Origin: Lingula anatina
Lineage: Eukaryota; Animalia; Brachiopoda
NCBI GenBank assembly: GCA_051362555.1
Contig: CM120640.1
Location: 38,852,788 to 38,916,787, forward strand
Direction of reading: 5' to 3'
Length of the DNA stretch: 64,000 nt
Translations under genes and position numbers: made by a program
Shown here: piece by piece, positions 29,934 through 40,200 of the stretch
Position numbering within the stretch: the stretch's first letter is position 1
How the letters are laid out: each line of letters starts with the position of its first letter
The notes under the pieces: generated by a model
Database searches by the model: none
Seen by the model: only the letters and a program-made list of their open reading frames with translations
Told to the model about the DNA's origin: nothing

Positions 29934-32900
29934 ACAAAAATTGGACAATATATGTTCCTACTTAAAATATACAAGATATTCATTAACCTTCTACAATATT
30001 TTACCTTATCAAAAACACTTTCTCTCAACACTTCCAATAACAACAACTTATTAAGATTAATAATGGTATTATACTAATGCTTTTTCAATGTTTGACTGAA
30101 GGTGCATATTCACCCTCAGGCCCACCAAGTGCTTGTATCCATTCTTGACACAAAATACCAAGTAGAAAGCATTTACCTCTTTGAAAGGTCCCACTGGGAT
30201 ATTGTGCTCCACCACTTCAAAGTCCAGTTTTCTCAGGTGCATCAGTTTCTCCCTGTAGTCTTGCACTGTTATTGGGATCATTTCTGCAGCAAGACATATA
30301 CTGAATATACTGGTTTGGACTGTGTTCTGGTGTTGAAAAATAAATGAAAGAATTGCAATATTTATGTGAACATTTCTATTCAAGTTTATATTCAGCGAGT
30401 AGCACATGTTACTGTTACACTTACAAAGAACACAAACAAATGAACAATTTATGAGTTAAATCCAATATATCTTTGAAATAATTACCTAAAAATATATGAT
30501 AAATAATTAAAAAATCATTTTAAGAGTCACAAACCTCATCTTCACATTCAGGTAAAAGTAGATCAAAACATGACATTATCCTCAAAGTCAGGAGTCTACT
30601 CTGAAACAGAAATGGTAGGATTTAACAAACAAAAGATCAAAAAAATCTCAAACCTCAAATCTCAACCCAAGCAAGAAAATAAGAGCACAGTACAAATATC
30701 AAATGTTTAGCAAAAGAAAATCAATATAGAACTAAATAATGATAAAAAAGTCAAGTTACCTGTGATATACTAGATGATAAATTCTCTTGTAAATATGGAA
30801 AAATTTCCAGACCCAGTTGCTCTGTACAAATGTCCTCCATATTTTCCCCAGCTGCCTTTGTGAAGAACAGATCTGCTGTCCTCAGCATATGCACCTCTGA
30901 ACCATATTTTCTAGAAACAAGGAAACAAAAAATGACTTTTACATATTTTTTCAACAAAAAGGTCATGCTACATATATGCATATACATTCACAAAAAGAAA
31001 AAAAATTCACAAAAAAAAGTTCAAAAACTAGTTTCATTTCTTTTGATGTAAGTTAACATTTTGATAGCAAAATGATAATGGCTAATTATCTATCATACCT
31101 TAGTAACATCCTGATAACATCTACAGACACAATGTCAAAAAATGTTCTTTCATGGCAGATATGTAACATGGCAATGATAGTCTGGCAAAGAAGAGGTAGG
31201 CAGGTGGAGACTGAAATAGAAAATCCATAAATTTTAGAAATTAAAAACATTATTTCATTTACATGACATTACAATTAATTGTGAATTCTTAAACAATTTA
31301 CATTCATAACAAAAAGATAATTTTTTTCTGCTAAAAAAAGTAAAAATTCATCATCAATGTTTTGTTATTTTGGCTATTAAGATTGTGAAATAGTGTATAA
31401 AGGATCTTACCACTGTTACAGTCACTGCTGCCAAGTTCTTTACTCAAACTTTCAAACACCATTCTTAATCCCTTCATTGCCTCTTCCTTTTGCAAAGGCC
31501 TGAAGAGTAAATAAAAAATCAGTGAAAAGAAAAAACCATTAAAAAGAAGTTTCAACTCAGTTAAACTTTAAGTTTTGTAAATGTTTTCAAGAAAGAAAGG
31601 CCATTTTCCAGGTTGTACAAATTATGACCAGCAAGATCAGCAGCTTAAAACTTTCTGCAAAAACACCTGCAGCAATGACAACGTTTCTAGGGATGAAAAT
31701 ATCTGATATCAAGCTGGGGATATTACAAAAATAATTTACTACAAATTGCAAGCAAGTTTTAAGTTTTATTTGATGAAAAATTACTTGGCACAGAACAAAT
31801 CTTGGCAAACTGCTTAGTTTCTTATTCTTTAACATTTCAATCAGACATATATATCATTGGGTGGAATTACCTGACATGAGGAACACACACTAATGCTGCC
31901 CACAATTGTGCCACTTCATAGAGATCACTTAGAGAAAAAGACTTTGTCAGTAAGGATGTCACAAACCTCGGAAAAGTGTCCTGCGTTTTCCTGAAATTTG
32001 TAAATAGATTGTGAGCTATGCCATAGTGAGCTATGTTTGATAAATATTATCATTTAACAAACAATATCAACTAAATTGTTTTCATGCTAACAGAATGTGG
32101 TTAGCTTCATGCAGTAATATCAAACATTACATTATTTAGTACAACATTGTTTAATATAGGTATACATTTATATCTTTACTTTTTAGTTAAAAAATGTTGT
32201 ATAACACTTACTGTGTGTGTAAACGTCATCAAAAGTCTATATAAACCTAACTGTTTAATATGGCATCATCATGTCTTGATTGAGTGCAATTAACTGCACT
32301 GTTCAGGACGTTACCCTTACCCTTTCACAGCAAAACTGAAATCCAACAGAAGTAATGTCCTGGTATCAAGCTGAGTAGCATCAGTTATGGGTGTGGTTTT
32401 GTATATAACCAGCTCTGTCAGTAGCTGTAATACATCTTCAATTTCTTTACCAGACTTCACACATTCATGACAGTACTGCATCAATGGTGGCAGCATGTCC
32501 TACAACAGATATATATGAACAACACATGAAATTAACACTATAACTGAATATAAGAAACCTGGAGGTTCAACAGCAATGACTTGTTATTTTGCAGCTGGTG
32601 ATAATAATATGGAATATTTTAACTACATTCCTTATACAATGTAATATTTTATATTTCCTAATACAATGTGATAAAATTGTACAATAGTACTGAGTTTCGT
32701 ACTTAAAAATTTCTATACACTGAACAGGATCTTATAATTATTCTAAAAATGAAAAGAAACATCTTAATATAATGAAGGCACAATGAAATACCTTTTCAAA
32801 CATGGGCAGTGAAAATACACGTCTTGTAAATGAAAAAAGAACTTCACGTGGAAAGGATGTTTTGAAGACCTGAAAGTACAAAGTGAAAATAATGCCACTA

Positions 32901-35900
32901 AATTGCTTACTCCAAATACAAACTAAAACATGCAAGCATACATATTTGGATGCATGCACAGCACACACATTTAGATGCACTAAATAGTTCAGAAATTGAT
33001 TTAAGAGGAGCCCTAGCAAATACTTAACAAAATTTAGTAAGTTTTTTTCCATGAATTACATAAACATGCAATTCAATAAAGACTTACTGTGGCTATCAGT
33101 TTGCTTATGTGATCAACACCCAGTGTACACCTTGAATCAAGAAGAAGAGATGACGTGACCTGCAAGAGAGTCTTCGCACAGTCCACAGGTAACTCTTCTC
33201 CAATCAGTATTGTGCACAGTTGCTGAGAGAAACAGTCAAAACAATATGTATATATATAAAAAATAAAGCAAATTATATTACATGTATGCTGCATCATAAT
33301 TCATTTACAATATTAATATATACCATCAATTATAAACATTTGTCATTTTTCTTGGATTTTGTTTCTTAAATCCCTAAAAACTTATGAATCATACACATTT
33401 CTGATGTACAGTGAACTGCCAAAAAAGGCCTTCAGCCTAAATTTCAACAAGCTGTTGAAGTTTACAAAATTAGTATCACTTACTTTGGCTATGTTCTCTG
33501 GTTTTGACAGTAACACTCCGTCCTTATATTGCACCCACACTAGTTGTAACTTCAGCAATCTGTGAAGATGGTTTGCTGCCTCAGCTTTCTTTTTCTTCTG
33601 CCTTCTCTCTGTCCAACGTTTATGCATGTCAAATATCACAGACTGAAACAAGCATTTGTCTATAAATTTCACACTTTCAATGACAAAGCAGCATTTTCCT
33701 AAATCATTGGTGAACAACCCTGGTTTGTTGTCAATTTTTCTTATAAAAGTAAGACAAGCAAAGAGAATGGTAAAATATCACATGAAGAACCAAAATTGCA
33801 GTAAAATGCACAAAATATCAATTGACAAAATATCAATCAACAAATCAATTGCAAAGCAGCAATACATTTTTCTACGATTAAAAATGCAATACGTTCCTAA
33901 TTTTACAATTACAACTCATAGTTCTATGACACCCATAGTTCTATCAATTCAACTTAGTTGTAGCAATTACCTCTAAAATATTTAGAATGACCTGACTCTC
34001 CTCTTTGGAAGTATATGTTGTCATGGCCTGCATCATACTGATCAATGCCTGTTCAACCATATCCCAGTCTAAATTTACAGCATCTCCATCCTGAGGTCCC
34101 AGCTTAGAAAGAACTATGGGAAAAACCTAGAACAAAGAACAAGACAACTATACCAAAGAAGGTCTGCAGTGTGGTTTGAAGAAGTAATCCCTTGAGATTA
34201 GAAATTGGCTTTTAAATTCATATATGAAGCTTCATTTTAAACTGTTGTTCAGCAGCTGAAAAAGTTGTCTGTATGTACTTTGTAAGTGGTAGAAAGTGGC
34301 AAAAAAATCAGATTTTGGTGGTCAGTAATTTTTTACTTTTATCTAATTATTACTATTTTGTTACCTTTTCTGTACAACTGTGAAATTGTTTCCTCACTCC
34401 CTTGCTCATTTCAAATAGAAGTCTTCCTACACCAGCTACTTGCTGGGAATTTAAAAGAAATTAAAATGAGAATTTACTAGTATCATCAATTTTGATCTTG
34501 ATCATACTCAAACAATTTGCCATTACTTAGTACAATTATTAATTTAAATACATAGGTAAAAACGCTTCAAGCATTAATGACTGAATAACACTTCATTTTA
34601 CTTTTAATGATGATAAAATGTTATGTGCCCATCCAGACTCTAATATTCTGGAAATACACCATAAATTCCAAAGCAGGTGAAAGGAATTAACTTACATCTG
34701 GGTTTTCTTCCAGACTCTTGAACATAAAGTTAAAAAGTGCACCATGGTCCTTCACCTACAAAAAAAAACATATAAATTGTAATATGTAATTACAAAATCA
34801 ATTTCTCTAAACCTTTTTATTAACAATTCACAAATGGATCTTTATTTGGTGCCACTGACGTGGTGTGTTAATATCAGGTATGAAGATTGGCATGTAAGAT
34901 ATTACATGTGGTTATTTACTTGAATACTTGTATGTCCAATATCACAGACTGAAACAAGCATTTGTCTACAAATTTCACACTTTCAATGACAAAGCAGCAT
35001 TTTCCCTAAATCATTGGTGAACAACCCTGGTTACTTAATCCCTGTATACTTAATCAGACCAAATTTAATTTGCTAAAAAAATGATATCCATGACTTCCAG
35101 TTCTGATATATTTCCTTCGTTCCTAATTTCTGCACTCTTCATCACAACGAAACCAATAAAAATGTACAAGTACATAGCCATGTGGTAAACAATCTTTTCA
35201 TGCTTAAAATACAAAGTCACCTTTCTCATCAAAAATGCAAAACTTTCAGCCGCAAAATTATTGATGTACTCTTTATGCTGCTGGCCCAGCAAAGGAGAAA
35301 AAAACCTGCAACAAAAACAAAGGATGTCTTACATCATCATACTTCATAAAATGTAAGTAATAACATCAAAATAAAATGAACACTTTCCTGGATGAAACCT
35401 TAACTTCAAGTCATTCAAGTTTGCTTCTCTGCCATCACTGCATCAAACAATAACAGTTTATAAGCAATTTATTGGCTAAAAAACCCACTTGACCTACCAA
35501 AATCTTAACATATTACCTGAATACATTCTCAATGTCTTTCACAAGATATCGCCACAAAATCTTGAAGAGATATGCCAGTGTTGTGAATGCCTGTTCGAGT
35601 AGTTCTGTGTTCTGGGGAAAAGCATTCAACAGTGCCACTATGATGTCAAAGAATGCTTGGAAATGTGGGGTGAAATCAGCCTGAAGATCTCTTGCTAAAT
35701 TGACCACCAAACTGAAAAAAAAAATATGCTTTTCTAGTTAAATTAAGCAAAACAATCAACCTAAACAAGTTATAATCTGGGAATCACTTTTTGGAAATAT
35801 GTATATATGTTAACATACCAGGACTAGGAAAATATCCTTACTTAACAAATGATGGTGTGGACTTAAAGAAATCAATAGTTAAAAATTATCATTTGCTTGT

Positions 35901-36969
35901 ACTTACTCCAAAAGTGGCTCAAATGCCAAACTGTTTGTTACTTGCAGATGTCTTTTTAGCACATCTATTATTTCTTGCTAAAAAAGAAAAGTTAAAATTA
36001 TATATATAATAAAATCCATCTATTACTTAAAATCATTTTGTGTTTCAATTTCAAAATTAAATAAAAAATGTTACTAATTTTATATGTAAATAAATATGTC
36101 ATCATACTATCACTAAACTTTACTAAGATATGCAACCACACTTCATAACAATTTACCTACTTTATGGTGTACTAATTGTGCAAAATTGTTCACTTGTCCT
36201 GATATTTCACGGCGGAAGTTGGCTGCAAATGAGAAGAGACAACTGTATCTTTCAGTAATTTACAATAAACATATAGTCCTTATTCTCATTTATCAAACTG
36301 CAGTATATTTGACAAAGAAATGGATATTCAAAGTCTTAAATAGAATTTTTATAAACCTACTGTAGCAAAAATCCAATTTGAAGGTAAATGGTAGGGGAAG
36401 GGAGTGGGTTGAAGGCTTCTGACAAGAGAGTGAATGTTTCTGGCCATATAACTTCTAATACTAAGTCATGCTGTAACACCATCCTTGTGTCTTAGCATGA
36501 GAGTAAATACTTCAAACGTCATGTGTGAATACTGGAGACAAAAATTGTATTATATACTTACTGAAGTGTTCTGTACAGTTTAGCTCGGTCCATTTTTGTA
36601 ATGCTTCTCCAAAAAATGTTTCAACCTCTTCATCCTCTGTTACACGTCTGTCCACTCGTCTAATTACATCTATGTTGATGTTAGCGACTCTCTCAGAGAA
36701 CGTCAAGAACTGAAACGATCACATAATACATAATGATTACTGAAATGTAAAGCTATGTATTTTTCCAGAATCCATATGCTCTTAAATCAACGGCATCTAA
36801 GCAATCTAATACGACATTTTGTTAAAGTATTGCTAAGCTGAGGGTTTTTAAATAACCGTATCAATATAATATTTATAGTCATGAATCTAACAAATCATAT
36901 GCAAGACCCTTAGACGAAACTTACTCTAAATGTGTTTTCACTCCGATGGTAAGAAGATTTTGTTTTCAT
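1..36969 (-). CDS. UTP20: UTP20, small subunit processome component 20 homolog (multi-exon, about 50 exons in window, 3' end beyond the left edge)
   Basis: Spliced exons read MKTKSSYHRSENTFR|FLTFSERVANINIDVIRRVDRR..EVETFFGEALQKWTELNCTEHF|..DLVVNLARDLQADFTPHF..|NNFAAESFAFLMRK..., closely matching the recalled human UTP20 N-terminus (MKTKPVSHKTENTYRFLTFAERLGNVNIDII..). Later exons give RILYGKM, DFFENIRHIQ, RVPIALAMVKLL, LTKGYQLHVLSFTVH, FMLDYPLGK and HPHTWVRL. GT-AG boundaries keep phase wherever I checked them. Confidence 0.97.
4614..4848. mobile_element. Palindromic ~230-bp MITE (Harbinger/Tourist-like), copy 1
   Basis: Internal inverted symmetry (gatcga..ctccctgggg..ctgtcagctt / agctgacag..ctccccagggg..gatcca) and TAA/TTA-like flanks; homologous to three other loci in the window. 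Confidence 0.7.
5618..5890 (+). mobile_element. Degenerate 3' fragment of a non-LTR retrotransposon ORF2 (L2/CR1-like)
   Basis: Translates RPVLEYAAPVWVFGLTNELTALVEKSQERALKIIYPDLEY..LSER..PDHRLHYLL..YSLR with a stop, the typical post-RT region of CR1/L2-group LINEs. Confidence 0.75.
8496..8728. mobile_element. Palindromic MITE, copy 2
   Basis: Shares gatcgacctaactccctgggggttcacgctaaattgc..gttaattacccccttacagc..gtgagactcccc with copy 1; flanked by ttag on both sides. Confidence 0.72.
13077..13308. mobile_element. Palindromic MITE, copy 3 (opposite orientation)
   Basis: Reverse-complement similarity to copy 1; ends in gggaacccagtctta. Confidence 0.7.
14205..16221 (+). mobile_element. Helentron-associated non-autonomous element (HINE/pearl-like) with internal ~146-bp tandem repeats
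   Basis: 5' palindrome GAGGCGATACCGCCTC and subTIR GTACCACCAGC (14243-14253). About six core repeats at ~14600-15440 (AGGTCAAAGGTCA at 14642, 14765, 14906, 15052, 15198, 15344). 3' hairpin GTACCGCCAGCG-TACA-CGCTGGTGGTAC at 16189-16216 contains the inverse subTIR. Confidence 0.8.
16324..18898 (-). CDS. UTP20: UTP20 exon cluster (conserved DFFENI / GYQLHVL region)
   Basis: Exons 18761-18898, 18267-18538, 17626-17941, 17212-17354, 16807-17062 and 16324-16491; phases are continuous. Confidence 0.92.
19407..32869 (-). CDS. UTP20: UTP20 central exon cluster (HEAT-repeat region)
   Basis: Exons include 32792-32869, 32321-32499, 31871-31990, ~29725-29881 (VPLRYLLGMMYVNF), ~27803-28050 (DHANVRLLLWKAM), ~27349-27520 (NEYYPADLHVAPTQDLRK), ~26341-26468, ~24339-24505 (ILYGKM..IVFRFLAG), 23307-23502, ~22856-22993, ~22152-22405, ~19877-20031 and 19407-19562. 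Boundaries marked ~ are approximate. Confidence 0.88.
25677..25882 (+). mobile_element. Solo LTR (Gypsy-like), 206 bp
   Basis: TGTAACA...TGTTACA inverted termini, 4-bp TSD CAAA (25673-25676 / 25883-25886), TATATAAAA at 25771 and AATAAA at 25857. Confidence 0.85.
28069..29546 (+). mobile_element. Second, 5'-truncated copy of the same HINE-like family
   Basis: About 3.5 core repeats (28070-28570), internal sequence shared with 15520-16220, and the same 3' hairpin GTACCGCCAGCG-CTAA-CGCTGGTGGTAC at 29515-29542. Confidence 0.8.
33088..36709 (-). CDS. UTP20: UTP20 N-terminal exon cluster
   Basis: Exons 36562-36709, 36161-36222, 35907-35977, 35517-35711, 35221-35305, 34696-34755, 34365-34442, 33971-34126, 33484-33642 and 33088-33222; all have AG/GT ends and consistent phases. 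Confidence 0.9.
34932..35032. repeat. ~100-bp near-identical duplicate of 33626-33725 (UTP20 intron end, acceptor and first exon codons)
   Basis: aatatcacagactgaaacaagcatttgtct..tcattggtgaacaaccctggtt is present at both loci with about 3 differences. Confidence 0.9.
36925..36969 (-). CDS. UTP20: UTP20 coding exon 1 (MKTKSSYHRSENTFR)
   Basis: ATG at 36969-36967, 15 codons, then a GTAAG donor. Confidence 0.93.
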
Positions 36970-37176
36970 GGTATATTGTTGTTCAAACTCTGAACCAAAG
37001 AAAACAACACATATCCCCAAGTCACACGTGCATATTTTGTTTATCGGTGGTGAGTTGCGCATCCGGAGGCGCATGCGTAGAAACTGTACGGAAGACGAAC
37101 TTTCTCACAATCCATTCATTGGTGTCCATGTAAAGCCCACTTATTTCCAAGAATACTTTATCTGTTTTCATAAAGA
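36970..37176. promoter_or_regulatory. Compact bidirectional promoter / 5'UTRs shared by UTP20 and the MPP8-like gene
   Basis: 207 bp between divergent ATGs, locally CpG-richer. Contains E-box CACGTG at 37025-37030, NRF1-like GCGCATGCG at 37069-37077 and ETS core CGGAAG at 37089-37094. Confidence 0.75.
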
Positions 37177-37299
37177 ATGGCTGAGATGGAACCAGTGCAG
37201 GGCACAGAACCTGACACCAATGAAGAAGAGGAAGAAAATGAAGACGATGATGATATTTACGAAGTTGAGAAGATAGTAGGGATGTCAGTTTCACCGCAG
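37177..37299 (+). CDS. MPHOSPH8: MPP8-like exon 1 (acidic N-terminus + first part of the chromodomain)
   Basis: ATG 37177 to CAG|GTAAGC; encodes EEEEENEDDDDIYEVEKIVGM; phase 0. Confidence 0.9.
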
Positions 37300-40200
37300 G
37301 TAAGCACGCTCGGCTGTCACCTTGATTGGATAGTAAACGATTGTCGTAAAATCGCTAAATGATATTAAAACCGGGTGCATAAACTTGAAAACCACCTACA
37401 ACAACCTTGGACTGCCACATTAATCCAATACAATGCAAACATAAACTATAACAAGTGGTTAAAGCCTTTAAACCGAATGTCGTAAAGTCCCCATATACCT
37501 CCATAGAGACAATAAAATAGAAGAAGCTTGTGAAACAAGAAAAATCCAGTTCCAACATAATAATCGAAATAAAATACTGCCGGGCATCGGAGCGGCCTAA
37601 AACTTGGCACGCTTACCGCTAATACTGCAGGCTACATCATCCCGTCGCTCGTTTGTAAATTCCGTGCATGGCATACGCACAATCAAACCGTAAAAAACAA
37701 ATTCTCGGGGTGTCGTTGGCCAGGTCCACTCTAACCTACCATTACAAAAAAGAAGCCATGCCATTGGACAATGCGACCTCTGCGGTTACGTCATTTCCTG
37801 AATTGGATTGTTGAGTGGACCTAGCCAACGACACCCCGAGAATTTGTTTTTTACGGTTTGATTGTGCGTATGCCATGCACGGAATTTACAAACGAGCGAC
37901 GGGATGATGTAGCCTGCAGTATTAGCGGTAAGTGTGCCAAGTTTTAGGCCGCTCCGATGCCCGGCAGTATTTTATTTCGATTATTATGTTGGAACTGGAT
38001 TTTTCTTGTTTCACAAGCTTCTTCTATTTTATTGTCTCTATGGAGGTATATGGGGACTTTACGACATTCGGTTTAAAGGCTTTAACCACTTGTTATAGTT
38101 TATGTTTGCATTGTATTGGATTAATGTGGCAGTCCAAGGTTGTTGTAGGTGGTTTTCAAGTTTATGCACCCGGTTTTAATATCATTTAGCGATTTTACGA
38201 CAATCGTTTACTATCCAATCAAGGTGACAGCCGAGCGTGCAGGTAAGTGATACAAGCATGAGCATTCTTAGTCAGGTGTTTATGTTTACATTCACTATGT
38301 ATTTCAGTATTTAAACATTGCTGGAACGCTTTTTACAGCTTAAGGCACAGAAATGGACAGAGTCTAGGTTTTCTGTCTCTGATAACTACTAAAAGAAACA
38401 ATAAGGTGCGGTGATGGGTGAATACGGTATTAAGAATGGTCACGCTCAGCTGTTTAATTGATTAGTTAACTAACATTGTTTTATTACATTAAGAACAACG
38501 GAAAACGACTTCAGAATACCATAATAATCTACCTTAATGCAGTAAAAACGAGTTAAGTTTTTTTAAACGAATTAAATAAAATCCCCTGAGTACATACCCC
38601 ATATAAACCATATGATGGTAGAAGCTTATAAAACAGAATATCGAAAAAAAAAATAAGTGAGAAAAATCAACAGAAAATAGTAGATAGGGATCACCTTCAA
38701 ATTTGGTACATCTAATGAGTACCTACCTTTAATTTCCCAGGCTACACCCTCCGTTTGTAACTTTGTTTGTAAATCCAATATATCTGATTCCAGAATCAGG
38801 CCAAAACACTTTGTTGAATTAAACACTCGAGTGCCATTCAAGGACTCAACAAAAGCCAGTAGTGATGTAGGTTCAGAGTCATGATGAAGCTAGCTTTACT
38901 AAAAAGGACCCATGCCCTTTGACAAGTACAGATTCTAGGAATTTTGCACATCGGATTAACAAATAAACAGCAGGAAGATATAGCTGCGCATCCATGTAGT
39001 CCTGAACTTTAATTTGTTTTATAATTGAAATTAAAATTTCTCAAAATCTAACCTGTGCAATTCGGCAGAACTGTGTATGATTCACAATCAATGCATTGCC
39101 TCTGTTTCATTTAAGATTTTGACTAAATTGGATTTAAATAGCAGCTATTTAATAGAAAAGTGCTCTAGTCTAAATAGTGCCATGCAGAATTTTGTAGTCT
39201 CCTGGATGATAGCCTTCTTCCATACTTAAGCATCTTTTGTCCAGTTCATAATGAATGATCAGGATTGGTCTGTATTTATATGGTGGCAGTCTAATTAGAT
39301 ATACTAGTATATGTATAAGCACTATTCTCTTAAAATGAGTGAATTAGTCATTAGGCAAAGTAACTGTTTTATGCTGGTATAGACAAATGCATATGGGTCA
39401 AAACACGGTAACGGTGCCATGGGTGTCAAATTTTTTTTTGTTTCATTGAAATTTAAAATTTTTACATTTTTGTAGAAAACAAATCAAATTTTCAGATAAT
39501 GCAAGTGTCATTGATATACTCCCAGTACTTTTTCTGTGAGCCACTGGGAAACATAAAGGAAAAAAAAAATTGTCTCTGACGGGACACATGGTCATATTGG
39601 CCTGATTCAGATATTAGGTTGTTTTTTCAAGTTTTTATCACCCAAATATGTTAAACTAATCAGAAGTAATAGTTTAACATAGAAAACTGCCACCTATCAC
39701 TTATTTTGAGTAAAAAATTATTTAGCACTAGGAGTGGCGTGTCCCGTCAGAGACATTTGACTTCGAAAAGTTTTCATATTTTCCACATCTGGTAGGTTGT
39801 ATAAATGAAACTTAAAATCCTCTTTTAAATAATGATAAGTAATGATTATAGCTAAAAATTACAAAATTAAAACAATTTACAGTGAATTTATTGCCACATT
39901 TTATCGTTGTCTCTGACGGGACATTTTCTGTCTCTGACGGGACATTTTCTGACAGATGTGAAACACAAGGTTTTACATCTTCAATTGAATCATTTTCAAG
40001 TGTTCTGGTGTGTTACATTTCTTATTTTTCTTTTGCAACTGATCATTACTGGGTAATTCATTAACCATTACTGATTATTAGCTAGGTTGACTGTCAGTGA
40101 TTAGGTGTTGACATGTGCCGTCAGAGATCATGTCAGAGCACTAGAACTGTGAGCAGGTCATTCTGTTCACTGCATGTGCATGATTTAGAACAGAGTCTGA

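Noticed and set aside
37355-38189. Matching ORFs on opposite strands (MLELDFSCFTSFF...)
   Set aside because: They are a by-product of the inverted repeat and show no protein-like features.
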